Numbered from the stretch's first letter, positions 49,001 to 63,215 are shown. The stretch: 64,000 bases of DNA from Blasia pusilla (GCA_050084515.1 CM114271.1:25420001-25484000), one strand, 5' to 3'. Notes: generated from the sequence alone by a model not told the origin. A program made the numbers and translations.

Positions 49001-52000
49001 TTAAAACACTCATATGAAAAACCAGGCCATGAAGAGAACTAACAGGAATTGATACGATGCGATCCTGGGGAAGATGTCCGAGAACGGCGGCGTACCTGCT
49101 CCCCAAAAGGAACATCAAGGAACAACTGATTAAAACAGTCATGGACGTAACCTCCTCCGAATCGAAAAAAGTCTTTTAGTATTTCAAAACTGTCCTTTAC
49201 ATTTCCCGAAAACAATTCCATCTAATCAACTCCACTCTAATTATAGGGAAGAGCTCACTTTCAGGCGACCTGTGAAGGCACCGTAGAATATGACGGGTTT
49301 GCGGGCAAATCAAGCGCTTACATGATGAGAGCATCCTCCACCGTCGCGGTTAACGTACCCAGCATTCCAACCGTCCAATTTAGTGGCAGTATTCTGCAAT
49401 CCGTAGCGAGACAGAGACAAAGATGAAAAGAGATTCTCTTCGGTTCATGCATAACAAACAACGTGCATGTTCTTGAATCGGGGCTCTTGGTCGCTCTAAG
49501 AATCCAAAGAAACTCGGTGATTCATCAACCCATCACCTGAACATTTGAGCAGAACATATCAACCCTAGGCAACGATAGTACTGACCCTGCATTAGATGTT
49601 CGACCGAAAGTGCCTTTCATTCCAACAATACCACATAATCCCGCGGGCATACGCACAGATCCTTCAAAAGGGCCCATCCAAGTCGCCCTTCTCAGTTTCA
49701 TCATAGACAAATGACAAAAGAAACAGAAAAGGACGAAACATAATAACATCAAAATTATCTGGTGACAAGAAACTCGAGACCGCGTTCATCGATTTACTGA
49801 ACAGAAGGCAACGTTAAATGTAAGAATGCCAGAACAATCCGGTCTATACCTCCTCCATCAACGCCGAGGGCAGCAGGGCACAGACCAGAAGCTACTGCCG
49901 CAGCAGAGCCTCCAGATGAACCTCCTGACACTCTGTCTTTGCTGTGAGGATTCCGAGGTGCTCTGCACAGAAGAAATGCGAACTCTCTTTGTTAATGGGG
50001 CAATCATCTCGTGGTATATAGAGGTGATATTTTGACTAAGGAAACTGAAATCAAAGCGAAAACCTTTCGCGAACATTGGATAATCGTTCGACCCATTGAT
50101 CGTTGCTACACTGAATACAAAAACAACCTTTACGTATCACTGAAACAACTTTCTCAAGTGTCATCCGTCCATGTGAAAAGTGGATACCCATAGTGAGGAT
50201 TTATGCTGGTCGTGCCCATTCCCAATTCATGCATATTTGTTTTCCCCACCAGTACTGCTCCACACATCCGCAACCGCTTGATGCACTGTGCATCATCTTT
50301 CGTCTTTCGGATCTTGTGCAACCATTTCGTGCCTCCTGGACTAGCAAAATCAAAGTAAGCATTCCATCCTCTCAATTCCGTCAGGTTTGTTCAACTGAAG
50401 TAAAAATTCCACTATGCCGTCAAATAACATCACATAATACCGCTTGGAAACTAGAACGCGGGAGAAGACCTGTAGTAGGATATGGCAGACAATCTATCTC
50501 GTCTTTGACAGCAATCGGTACTCCGTCAAGAACTGACAATTGATCGCCTGTGTACATCGCCAAAGTAATGACAATTTTCATAGCATGTCAGCCGGGCACT
50601 AGTGGGTTTACATGCTGCTGAAAATAATGAGTAATGCATTCTCCCTTGCCATGACGCAGGGAGACGATAGTTATCTTCAATCAGCCAATTGCACACAAAT
50701 TTGTAAAGGTCTATCGTATCTGCAGAGCCAAGCTGAGTGCACTTCCGCGGTGCCAAGCTCTATGTGATTCCAGGTCTACAGATTGTCCTCATTCCAGGGA
50801 TACCTTTCTGGTATCGAGCCGTTGAAGCAGCAGCTTGGCGAAGAATCTCCTTTCCATCATAATTAATGAACAAGTTCATCGGAGGAGATAGTTTGTTGGA
50901 CTCTTCCATCGCAGATAGAAATCGCTCTGCGACCTACAAGAAAATTGAGTCAGCCCACGAACACGACATTGTCAATCTTCGAACTGAAACACCAAACACA
51001 CGGGATCAGATATTCCGATTACAGCTGAAGGGCAATCGGATCATGATAAGAATGTACCATTGTGGGAGTGACATTGCCATTACGATAGGCCTCCGCATAA
51101 TCCCGTATGGTCCAGTGACGAAATCCCTCAGGACGATGGAGTTTGACTGAAGGGAGACATGTCACAGCAGCCTTCACGCGTTCCGTGGGCGAAGTTGAAT
51201 GATCTACTTGTACAAACCCTGCTTCATTCTGGTCGAGCCTCTTTTCCTCTGAAATCAGATAGACAGACAAAAATAGTCTTTACTTCCCGAGTTGCACGGG
51301 AAACAATTCTTGAATTTGCACGGTGATCCCCTTCACCCCACCACATCTTTCCGGTTGAGAAAAAATATGCTCCTGATCAACCATTCCTTTCAAATGCAGA
51401 GGAAAAACATACATGACACAGCCAAGTCAGCCGAACACAAGTTTTGCCGACATAATTTTGCAGGCGGACTCTTCGATGGTCATCCAAAAAAGGATCAGTA
51501 AAGGGGCTGGAATATCCTCACCTTCGGGATACTGGCAAACGTACATGGGCGGCTCTTCATACTTCGCATCTGAAAAGTACTGCCAGAATATCCCACAATC
51601 CAAATCAGTTGAAGTCTCCGAATAAAGTGTCCTCGATTGCAATTGGTCGTGGCATAAAATTAGGCAATCGTATACTTCGTACAGAAGTAGAAAAGTAAGA
51701 ACAACTCTTCTCACTGAATGTCACATCTCGCTACGCCCCTCGCAAGTCATTACTGAAACTGAAGGAGAAACCAGCCGCTCATAACTCAGCAGTTGCCACC
51801 GAGCATGTGACATACTCAGCATTGTGACGGAGATCAATTCGCGCTTACAACAACTCGATAAGAAGGTGCAGCGTGAAGGACGCATCGTACCTTCGTGATA
51901 AGGTTGTCCCTTTTCAACTTTGGCTTGATCAGACTTGCTGTGAATCCCGTCTCCAGCAGCCACACGAAGCATTTTAGCGGTATTCCTGCCAACCGCGGGG

Positions 52001-53392
52001 CTGCACCATGCACATATTTTGTCCAGTGTCAAAGGAACCTCCATAAGAGAGACTACATCGGGACAGAACGCATCGTCTTGCTCGTGTCACGCATGCTTTT
52101 GACGAGATTACTAGGGTTATCATAAGAAACTAGGACAAAACACTCCGGGCAGGAAACGAAGTCGAAACTGAAGGTTCCTTGAACGCCATAGAACGCGGAT
52201 GCTTCCGATAGTTTTGGACTCAAAGCGCAATACAACACTGAGTCAAGCGGTGTGGAGGATTTATTACTTCCCACAAGTCACGTATTGACGAGCAGCAAGC
52301 GTCATAGGGCATGGACAGTGAACTACTTCGCCAGTCGTTCCATGGATTCTTTCGCAAGCGTGCGAGTGTAGGCAGGTTGCTCGTGGAAGGGCACCTCGAC
52401 GACGATACAAAACGAACTGTATGGAGGAAAATATTAACTTGTCCACCGAGGGTCTCACACGCTAACAGCTTAGGCGAACGATTTTATCAAGGAAACGCGC
52501 GACGCTAAGTGACGTTCCAGCCAAATCCCAGAAAAGTAGAAAATTTCTTGTATCACACGCAAATCAAATAGCCTGCGCCGAATTATTTTGCAGTAGCACA
52601 CCTTAGTGTTTGATTGGTACGAACCTCCTCGGCCTGGCGAATAGAGAATTAAGACTACGTAATGAGCATTACCAAAAAATCACTCATTCCAGGCAACCTG
52701 TGATGGCAGTCTTAGGTAAGAATCGCCAGGGTCAGGAGAAAAACGCAACTTCGCCTCATTGATCTCCCGCAGAAGATGACCTCTCTGGATCACTCTCAAT
52801 TGCCTAACGATGACAAGAATCTGTTCCTTGTCTGGCTCGGTTACGTTGGAACTAGCGACACCCATCGCGGATGAGCAGAGTCGTTTACACTGCAAGCTAG
52901 AAATGCCACACTCATAATTCCATTCTTGCTTCAAACTTGACCCACGCAAATTGAGCTCCTGCAATCACTTACTACAGTCGAAAAGTCGCCGCTAGCGGAC
53001 TCATCCAAAAGACGATTTCTCCGATGATAATTCGAAAGGCATCCGGCCTCACCAATCCATTGCTTTCCAATTCAGACGGTTAGCAAGGAGTACATCTCTC
53101 TTTCGCTTTGGTCATAGATGCACAAAACCAGGTCGACGTGACTGTCGTGTTCATGAATGCTGCTCTCACATTTCTAGGCAAGAGAGATTCTGTGGGTACA
53201 AAACAAGCTGACTGGTACTCAAAGCTCCGAAGCGAATGGTTAAACTGCCCGCCTCCACAATTGAACGGACAATGAAGGCGAGGGGAAATGTCATCTACCT
53301 CGGACAATAACGTGCATATACGAGGCGTCACTCGACTCAGTTGTACTCATTTGTTCCACAGGTCTGAACGTGAACTGGCTCGAAGCCCCCAT
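46079..53392 (-). CDS. FAAH: Fatty acid amide hydrolase (amidase-signature family, plant group II-like), 20 coding exons, 612 aa
   Basis: Exons, all GT-AG and phase-consistent, 1839 nt in total: 53392-53299, 52000-51891, 51579-51522, 51248-51058, 50933-50804, 50547-50470, 50335-50188, 49962-49850, 49661-49586, 49393-49322, 49095-49044, 48877-48788, 48430-48350, 48172-48069, 47884-47792, 47390-47322, 47180-47116, 46896-46835, 46526-46431, 46135-46079. Motifs [26 protein letters not shown] (catalytic K), [34 protein letters not shown] (catalytic S), [22 protein letters not shown]. Exon 1 is the least certain. Confidence 0.93.
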
Positions 53393-54254
53393 GATAGCTG
53401 CTTCTTCTATCTGCTGCGTCCTCGTCTCTTGGTCCTTCAACTTCCAACGCCTTCAGCAGCTGCCTTCCTTTCCTCCCTTTCTTTCTCCCGCTTCTTCCCC
53501 GAGACTCGCTCCCAGTGCATCCTCTTAGGAAGAACGATCTGCGCAGACGATAGCTCTCGTCGCCGAGCGAAACCAAGAGCCATTAATGGTGTATCTACCC
53601 AAACGGTAGGCAATGCACCAGCCGGTGACGAGGGTGGCACCCGTACTTGATATCCCACCGCCTACCTCGGATGGCGTCCATCACATCGGACCGCAATGTG
53701 CCAGCAGCGCTGGAGCCGAGCTCCGACTCTGTCGAACACCCTGCGATCTCTCGCCATAGCACCTGGCGGGTCGTCGTTTCTTGAACGTTCTTCCCGTCTA
53801 CATTAATGTGGAGAGCGGGCCCTACCGCTCTTCTCCTCCATGTCAGAAGCCACCCTTGCTTTTCTGGAGGCGCGATTTCTGTCTCCATCGCCCATCCTTC
53901 CGCCCCCCCACTCTCCCTCCCTCCGGACTCTGGAGTCTGGAGTCTGGAGTCTGGTTGGCCCGCTCTGGAAGAGAGTTCTCTTGACCGTACCCTCCGTCTG
54001 GAATCGGTCAACGCCAATCTGGAGGACGCACGAGGAATCGAGGAATCGAGCGACGCTACCAGTGCAGTTTGAGCACAGAAGCCTTCAAGCCTCCACCGGA
54101 TTTTGTTCCATCCTGCTCGCCAACAACTGCTGGTCCGGCTCAACTGTATCGTGAGGAAACACCACCGAAGTGAACCACGACCGAAGAATCGAACACATGT
54201 ACGAGCGCCGGTACAAAGCCCTACACCTTCTCTCACCATTACTCCCGATTCCCA

Positions 54255-54370
54255 CCGTCTCCTCTCCTTTTCTCTTTTCCCCCTTTTCCTTCCTTTCCCT
54301 TTCTTTCTTTCTCTTTCCTCCCTTCCTTCCTTCCTTCCTTCATCCCTCCTTCCCTCCCTCCTTTCCTTCG
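54255..54370 (-). promoter_or_regulatory. Polypyrimidine/polypurine tract upstream of FAAH (possible promoter or 5' UTR region)
   Basis: Long CT/CCTT low-complexity run ~0.9 kb upstream of the FAAH ATG. Function inferred from position only. Confidence 0.35.
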
Positions 54371-55299
54371 AAGAAACACGCGCCATGCTTCACTCCCACA
54401 AAGCCGCAGCGCTGGGACAGCCGATTCCTCCCAGTTCGAACTTCGACGCATCCATCCACACGCAGTTGTCGGGAATCGATGCTGACGGTGGCCTCCAGAA
54501 CAGACGAAAAGGTCGTCTCTAGGTGTGGGCGAACCACGCGACCTAATGAGCCTCTTCTAAAGTGAGTGCGCGTGGACTTTCGGCCATGGCTACCAACTCC
54601 GTCGTGTGCGCAGTCCGGAGCACCGACTGGAGGCTATTTATTTGTTTATTCGGAATTTGGTCCGACTAACTAAAAACAGACAAGATAGTATAAATGGATA
54701 TGGCTGCTCATAACCGTGTTCTTTTTTTCGCGTTTTCATTTGTTAACAAAGTTGACTCGATTGATTATGCTTCTTCGTTCTAGACCTTTGCTTATTTTAG
54801 CTCTCGTTTCAGTATTTCTTTTTGTCTTCAGTGATAGGTACGGGTAATTGGATTTTTATAATGCTACGTTTTGGATCACATGAAAAGTAATAATTAATAT
54901 TTGGTTTTTCTTAAAATCTTAATCTATACAATAATTGGCCACCACATATGCATAAAACAATAAGATCGTTAGCTAGTTGGTCAGAAAAGATACGTGTCAC
55001 GAGTTGTGATGACACCAATGGCGTAGTTTAGTATTCTTCCATGACGGATGGTTTAATTCGAATTCTGATATTTCACCGTCTAATAGGATAAGACAACGGG
55101 GTAATAAAACAAATTAGGCAACCTCCATTAAATTTGTTGCCCAGTAGATGGGAAGAAATAGAACTAACGAATAAGCATTTGAATGGAATATACATTAATT
55201 AATTAATAATTAATTTAATATTATAATGGGTGATTATAAATATTAATAAAATATAATTAATGTGATAAATGACCAATATTTTAGAATTTTCATCTCAAA

Positions 55300-56070
55300 A
55301 GAAAATAAAAATTTAATGAAGGAGCATATTTTTTTAAAATTTATGGAAAGATAATATTACTTAGTGTGTTGGGACATCATTTAAGTTTGAATGGAGGATT
55401 GTAATTACTAAGAACAGTGAAATATTATTATTCTTCTAAGATTTTAGAAAATAGAAATCATATTTAAAATTTGAAATAAACAATATAATCATTTTTTTAA
55501 TAATTTTATTCATTCACATGTTATTATGGGACAGGAAAATTAATTTGAATGGAAAAGGAAAATATTTCATTAATTAAAATTAGCTAAGATTTTGATAAGT
55601 GAATGTTATTTTGGTGAGAAGGAGAAAAATAGTTATTGTTTCACTTTAAAAATAGTTTTACTCTTCTATTGAAATTTACATAATATCCAACTCCTCTAAA
55701 TAATTTTATTCTTTCATAAAAGTTTGAACAAGATCTACTCCTTTCATTCTTCTTGCTAAAATAACATCCACCAAAAACATTATTAGTTAATTTTAATTAA
55801 TGAAATAATTTCATTTTTTGTTTAAATTAATTTTCTTTTCTCAAAATATCAAATGTGAATTGACATGATTATTTAAAAACAATTATATTTTCATTTAAAA
55901 AAACTATTTTATATTTTTTGAATCTTAGAACATCCCACCGTTTTAGTAATTCCATAATCTCTTAAAAATTCCACCTTCCAATAAAAATAAAAATAATAAC
56001 TCTTCGTTCTCCATTAAAATTTATTTCCACTTCCCGTAAAATATGAATTAAAAAATCATTCTTTTTTTCT
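55300..56070. mobile_element. AT-rich foldback / MITE-like element with long imperfect inverted arms
   Basis: Nested mirror pairs centred ~55680: AATTACTAAGAACAGTG/CACCGTTTTAGTAATT, TTCTAAGATT/AATCTTAGAA, ATTCACAT/ATGTGAAT, ATTTCATTAATTAAAATTAGCTAA/TTAGTTAATTTTAATTAATGAAAT, ATGTTATTTT/AAAATAACAT. Outer limits approximate; no TSD identified. Confidence 0.75.
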
Positions 56071-57175
56071 TTCTATGAAAGATATCCTCGTCACCTATAA
56101 TATTATAATAATTTTTAATTATGAAACAAACAAATTTTATTTTTTCACTAAAATTCATTTTTCCTATATAACACGTTTGAAGAAAATGCAAAATGTTACC
56201 CTTTTGTCTGAGGGGACAACTAATCACAAGTTAATGAAACGAGAACAAAGATACACTTCGATAAAAACAAGTGATGGAAAACCCATCGAAAGCACAAATG
56301 AAGGATTCAAAGAGTTAAAACCTGAAACTCTTTGAAACGGGACCAGAAAAGGAAGGAGGGGGAATTCCCCCCCCTAACGAGAACCGTCTTTCACGTATTC
56401 ACAGTACATGCACATTTACGAAGGTATTGTTGTCAGGAAGATTCGGACAGACGTGATTCCCACGGGCCGGCCTGAGCCGCCTGACCAGGGCTATGGTGCG
56501 GTGCCACTGCTGGAGTCTGGACTCTGGAGTGCCGAGAGGAGCACACGGGTCTAAGAGAATGATGATGGGAACAGTAGCGTACGGTAATCTTTCTTGATGG
56601 GAACCGAATGAGTGGAGTCAGGCACTGCGGCCTTCGCCAAATTATTGAGGGCTGTCGTGTCTCCCAGTACGGGACTGTAGTTCTGTTGGAGTTCTCGTTA
56701 ATGGGAAGTCGTGAAATTGCTTCCAAACCGTGCTTGTAATTTTAGCCGCTGCCGGGACGAGTCGGACGATGATGGCGCAGAGGCGTAAGTCCTTGTGTAA
56801 CTTCGCGACGAAGGATTTCGCACGGCTGAGGTCGTTCGTGACTCGTGAGGCGTGGCATCGTTTAGAGGCTACATTGTGCAGTGAGTTGCGGTTTGGCACA
56901 TTGGAGCAAAATGTTCATGGCGATCTCTCCAACCGCAACGATCACCGTCAGGACCAGAGGAAGTTGTACGGGATCCGGTGAACTTACTACAAGTAGTTAG
57001 CGTTTGGTAGTTAGCTCCTGAGATTTTCTCCCACCAAAATGGCACCAATCCTAATGCGCCTGGCCCGTACTCGATCGAATGGTCGAAGTGGAACCTCTTT
57101 CATGCATCTACCTCGTGACGCGGCGGGATACCGATGAAATATCCACTTCACCTTGAGAGAAGCGGAGGTGATCTT

Positions 57176-57297
57176 AGAAATCTTCCCAGCTAGTAGGAAT
57201 TACGGCGAGAGTACATTAGCAGGTTTTAGGTTGTCTGAGAAATCTTCCCAGCTAGTAGGAATTACGGTGAGAGTACATTAGCGGGTTTTAGGTTGTC
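57176..57297. repeat. Tandem duplication, 2 x 62 bp
   Basis: AGAAATCTTCCCAGCTAGTAGGAATTACGG(C/T)GAGAGTACATTAGC(A/G)GGTTTTAGGTTGTC occurs twice. Confidence 0.95.
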
Positions 57298-58837
57298 CGC
57301 ACCGTACACAGCACTGGCTGATTAGCGGAGTCTGGATTTGTGGAGAGCATGTGAGACATAGCTAGACTCTGCCATGGAACTGACACTCGAGAGAAAAGGA
57401 AACAAGTCAGGATTAGCCACTGTACTCGACGAACAATGAAATCCTGTTTTGCTTCCTCGTCCCATGCTTGAAAGTCAAAGTCCAGGGCTGACCGCAGCAG
57501 GAGGGGACTCAGGGAGAGAGTCACCAAAGCTGCTCAATCGAAGTCAATCATCCAACTGGATTGGCAGCACTAACAGAACGCGCCACAGACCGCAAAACGA
57601 GATTGTGTCTTCATTCTCTTCGTGACGAGGCTTCTTCAACTTGCTAGAATAATAGTACGTTTTCGATTTCGCAGAGTGACCTGCGACCGCTCGCGAAGCG
57701 TCGGCAAGAGGGAGACGGAGGAAGGCGATTGTTAGTTGTGGTTGTGCGGGCACTCCACTTGACAGTCGAGTAGCCGAAGGCGGTGGCGATGGGAGATGCA
57801 GAGAGAGACACACTTGCGGCCTGCCTTTCACCTACAACATCGATTCAGGGAATCAATTTGCTGAAAAAAGTGTCGCGGTACGTTCTCCTGGAATTGTTGC
57901 AAGTGCAAAAGAGAACAAGCGTAAATGCGCTCCCAAGGTGTCGACACACGACTCGACAGTACCTTCTCATAGAACCGGTGCCGCCGCTCGCAAGAAAGGC
58001 ATCCCACTAATGAAGGGGATGAAAAAGCTTATCAGGCGCAACAGGGACGACTAACCGGTGGAGGAACATCGGGACCACAACTGGCCCATGCAGTAAAGAC
58101 ATATACTCGCCATGCGCCTATCGCAATCGTTTCCTGAAATCAATGTGCTGAGACGGTGGTAGCGATCGCACATTACCTCGGCGACCCAGTCGTTCCGTTC
58201 GTTCCCTGGATTTCGTCCAGATTCCAGCCCACGCGCGCTTCAAAGTTCGATCATCACTGGCTGCAATCCTTCTCCGCCGAGAAGCGCTTATGAACGACCT
58301 GTGATCACACGCATATCTACTCCTCCAAAACCCGAAACTACTATTAATTTAACAGTGCGAAGACGAAATACTCGGCTACAAGCCTACACGTACTCCACTC
58401 TGATTCCAGAATTCTATCCGCAGAGTAATTAATTAAACTGTAATTTAACTTCTTTGCCTTTATCCCAACTCGTTGGATAAACCAGGCCATCCTTGAAGGA
58501 TCCTTTTCCTCTCTCGGCAAGGCGTTCATTAAAGTGACCTTTTCAGCTCCTCCCCTACCCATGTCACTCCCTTTTACCTTCTTTGTTTCCAAGTGACGGC
58601 AAGTCTGGGGCAACTTTAGAATAGACTTCACTTAAGTTTCAGCTCACGAAACTAAAGGCAAAACAGAGGGAGTCCAAGACCCTCCTAACTCGGACCCACT
58701 GCCTCCAAATCCGACAAGGGTACCGTTCCCATCCAGAAGGGGGAGGGGGAGGTTAGAAAGTGATAAAGAGGGAATTAATGAGTCCATAAAGTTCGATATC
58801 ATAACTGGTGAGGTTTTATAATGCGAATCACCCCTCA

Positions 58838-59054
58838 CGAGATAAATTCAATGCCACCAAGAAAAGTATCAATGATTAAATCAAAACCAAGATAAAAGGC
58901 CGAGGACTCCAAGATAAATTCAATGCCACCAAGAAAAGTATCAATGATTAAATCAAAACCAAGATAAAAGGCCGAGGACTCCGAGATAAATTCAATGCCA
59001 CCAAGAAAAGTGTCAATGATTAAATCAAAACCAAGATAAAAGGCCGAGCACTCC
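58838..59054. repeat. Tandem repeat, 3 x 72 bp
   Basis: AGATAAATTCAATGCCACCAAGAAAAGT(A/G)TCAATGATTAAATCAAAACCAAGATAAAAGGCCGAG(G/C)ACTCC starts at 58840, 58912 and 58984. Confidence 0.95.
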
Positions 59055-59949
59055 AGCCCAAGGTTAGGCGAGTTTTTTCCTCGGGGATGTCCAATCGGAA
59101 ACGGTAATTCCGGATTTTGAACCAGTTTTGAGACACAAAATACAAAGGACCTACTCGAATTCCAGCCGGTTTTCTTAGGCAACTTTTAAATCAATCGAAA
59201 ATTGTCAAATTTAACCGGTAGAAGACACGTAACCCCGGATCTCCCCGATCATTGTTCCAGCCATGTAAATTTAAAGTATAAATTTTATACCATGCACGCT
59301 GTTTGGTTCTAAAGAGAAACGTTGTAAATTCAAATTTATTTTTTCAGAAAGTCATCCTCTATTATGCTATGAAAATATTAAAAAATATGAATGATTTATT
59401 TTATGTAAGAATCTTCTTATAAATACATTTTGAGTTTAATTACCTTCTTCATTTGAACGTGTATAATTTCCAATCATATTATGAATGAAGCTTCTTCATC
59501 CTACTCTAGATAAGGCCATGTATAGTTTGTCACAATACGAGTGTGGTGAGTAAATTCCAATATATCGCAAAGTTTGATCTTACGATTTATAGTTATACGG
59601 ATAGATAATTGAAATCTATGTAAATCACAAGGAAAAAAATAGACGGAAGGAATCAATAGGACATGCAAAATGAAAACTTTATCTCCAATCTTCTTCTATG
59701 TAATGATTTTATTTATCTATCTATATATCTATCTATCTCTCTCTCTATATATATATATATATAAGATTCCAAAAATCACGACTTGAGTGTCATTTACTTG
59801 TCCTTTTGCACCACTCGTATTATGTAAAAGCATAAGTGATGCATAGAAGAAGATTGGAGATCCAAACAATAAAGGGGTAATCTAAAAAGTAAGCATGTGC
59901 TCAATAATTATGTCGAATAGATATAACTTATTCCTCCATTTCGAATGGA

Positions 59950-60460
59950 GTCAACACTAAGGTAAGTTTGCTAATGTACGCAACATACATTTATTAGTAG
60001 ACGTTTAAAACATATAGTATATTTCTTAAGGATTACTTCATGAAATAATAATTTAACTTAATTTTGAAATATCAAATTTTACCACTCCAAAAAATGGATG
60101 CATGATTTCTGTACTTTATTGAGATATTTATTTCTTAGAGTCATAGAGTGAGAACAATTGTATATCTCAAAAAACTTGATGTCATTACACCTTTGAAGAT
60201 CACTCCATATATGGTATCAATAAGATCTTTTATATTCTTACTCTTAGCGACCATGTTAAACTTAAGTTGAATAAAATCATCTCCTAAAGAAGAGTGCAAG
60301 GGCACACAACCCTCTTCCACCTCCATTAATCAATTAGTAAAAGATTTTTGGTAACTTGGTGAACACGTATTCAACCTTCCAAAATTTTGAACTCCTATGT
60401 TTGTAATAAGCTTCATCACCCTTACATGAGACCATAAATGTCGTGAATAGTTGAGTCTAT
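59950..60460 (-). pseudogene. Helitron Pif1-like helicase relic
   Basis: Minus-strand fragments LWSHVRVMKLITNI (cf. LWxxVxxLxLxxNMR), KDLIDTIYG...IVLTL (cf. LIxxVYP...RAILTP) and MYVA (cf. QLYVALSR) in the expected order, with deletions. Confidence 0.5.
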
Positions 60461-62249
60461 GGCGCTCACACCAACGTGGATTTGAGAACCAAGTAATGAT
60501 CGTAGATTCAAAGAGGAAAGATCTTGGTGTGACTCACCAAATTAAAACCTAGATGAGCTAATTATAGGATTATGAACGAAAATGGATGCTAGTGTGGGAC
60601 AAACGCTAGGCAAGACAGACATGCATCTTGAGACCAGCCTTAGGCGAGAAAGGGGCCTAGTTATTCAAGAGAATAAGGGCAAGACAAGGGTGTAAGATCC
60701 TTGAGCCAAGCTCCAAGTCATGGATGAGAAGTAAGAAGCAAGTTAGTATTGAGATGGGCAAGATACCATGAGAATAGTCACAAAACGCAAGAGTGGAAAG
60801 ACAACCATGAGATGCAAAGCAAAAAGAGTCAAGATGGATGCTAGCCATGAGATGCACAAAATTGCAATTTTAAGCTCCAATATGAGTTTGGGGAGTCGGG
60901 AGTTGCAAAATCTGTATGAATATTTCGCAAAGCCATCTTGACGGATGACTAGTTAAATGCAAGTCCTAGGTCGCGAACTATGGTTGGGTTTGGGGCCAAA
61001 ATCAAGGATCTTGGGTGGAAAATGGGGATTCGTATGGAGAACCTTAGAAGTATCCATAGGGGAATACATTCTCCCTCCCTACGTATGCAAGTCCATAATA
61101 AGAGAGTCATTGTGATGCGTGTTTGGCCATGTTTCACAAACGGAACCATTTAGGAGGCACCTTGAGGAAATAATTGACGTGCTCCTCTAAAGGCAAACAA
61201 CTTTGGGAGATTGGTTGAGGCTTGGAGAAGAGGCTTCTTAGGGATATGGGCTATACTTGGAGAGACTCTAAAGTCTTTGGCTTGCAAGTCAAATACCAAG
61301 TCTTTGATTGATGCACATGAGACCTCCAACTTCCAAGATCGCGAGGCAGTGGAGAGGCTAGGAGTGTCAATGATCGACAAGGAGCAACCCTAAGCTATGA
61401 TTTTTGCAGGCGGACACTTGGGAACCACCTTGACTTAGGCATTGAGCATCATGATGGTGATTCTAGGGGAGGAAGCCAAGTGTAGCACTAGGGAAATTTT
61501 TCTAGCATGTAGCTTAGGTGGAATATATATGATTTTGTCACAAAGCTTTTTTGGAGAGGCATGCCAAAGGTATATTAGAGATTCCTCTTGGTGATGGAAA
61601 TGCCATGAGGATTTTTTTCTAAAAATTGAAGGGTCAATCAAGTAAAACATGTAGCTCATTTGATTTTTGCTAAAAAAATTAAGAAGGATCTCAAGGGGGG
61701 TTTTCCATATGGGAAAATCATGCCAAAAAAATCTTGGGAGGTTTTGGGGATGTTTTTACCATAGAGCTTTGAATTCTGAAAGGATTATTGCTTAGGAGAG
61801 ATGTTGGTCACACGATTATTGGAACTTCTCCAATCATAAGAAACCCATGAAGTATAATTCCCCAAGAAAGTAAAATCTTTTACAAAGTTGCATATGGACA
61901 AAGTTTGCGTGTGCAAACTTATGTTCGTCCATAGGACATACATGTTTGCATAGTCCCTAGTTCCTTGGCCTGCATCTTCTTGCAACATAGACTCGCGCTA
62001 GTCTAGCACCCAATCTAACAATCCGTCGCCCCTTTTTTGCCACCCGTTTTATAGCCCGCACCATGCATGCAAAGGCTCACATCAAGCTTGCCTGACCCAC
62101 ATGATCACTCTAGCTTGCGATAGGCCTTACCCACACGGGCTTAGTGTGGGCCACGCGTAGGCTTGATTTGGGCGTGGCAAGGGCTCATAATCTACATGCA
62201 TGTTTGATCCTTGCTTGCACTCGTTCACACGTCCTAAGCTCGCGAGAGC

Positions 62250-63215
62250 AACTAGGGTACCAAGAAAACCTGGGCAGAGGATTTGTTGGGCATGTCCATC
62301 CCATGGAGGGACATGTTTGTTTCAATATGACCTTGCTCCTTTATGAGCACAACAAGACATTGAAGGAAAGCATATTAATTCACCCTAACTCAGCATTTAG
62401 GGCCCCTTCCCTTTTCATCTCAAGAAAATATGGCTCCATGCGATGATAAATCATTCAAAAAATACCACTAAGAAAAAATATACATTATCTTTAAAAAAAC
62501 CACTTATTCGATGCAATTGCACGATCCAAGTAATTTTCCAAGATCAAACTAAGATAAATTATTACCGAATGTGAATAATAGAAGGTGATGAATACAAGAT
62601 TGGAATATGGATAACATTTGGATCCTATGAATTTCTAGTGATACCCTTTGGAGATACCAATGAGCACACTCTTTTATGACCCTCATGAATTCAATCTTTC
62701 ACAATTGAAAGATTGAATTCATGTGGATAGGAGATTAGTGACGTTCTTGAATAACTTTCTTATCTATTCGATTATTTGAAAAGAGCACAAAGTTCTCCTC
62801 AAAGAAATCTTGGGATGATTGAGGAAGAGCAAGTTGTTCGCCAAGCCTTCTAAGTGTCGCTTCATGATCCAAGAAGTGGAGTTTTTGGGACATATCTAGA
62901 CACCTAAAAGGATATACAAGGTTGCACATAGATAAAGTTCATGTCCAAAGACTTATATCCATCCAAGGGACACATATTTTCCACATTCCGCACCCATGTC
63001 CACCCTCATCTTGCATCCTTGCCAACTTGTCCCAACGCCCCGATCCATGTCTTTGCACCTACGCCCCGTCCCTAAACCCTGCCATCCCGCTTCCCCCCTA
63101 CCGTAAGAAGGCGGTAGAGAGCGTTCATCCCTCTACCGCTTTCAAGCACCCCATCCTGCTCCCGTGCCTCATCCTTGTTTAGGCAACCCGAGTGAGGGAT
63201 ATGATGGCATGTCTG

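Noticed and set aside
53437-54565. ORFs upstream of FAAH (e.g. 263 aa at 53595-54386; MGYQV... at 53658) as the FAAH N-terminus or separate genes
   Set aside because: They derive from low-complexity GA/CT tracts or start at GTG. The phase-compatible first exon resembling plant FAAH is 53392-53299, with an in-frame stop upstream.
58838-59054. Possible CRISPR-like array or repeat protein (ORF 58835-59182)
   Set aside because: Units are contiguous 72-bp copies with no unique spacers, in a eukaryotic context. The ORF persists only because 72 is a multiple of 3.
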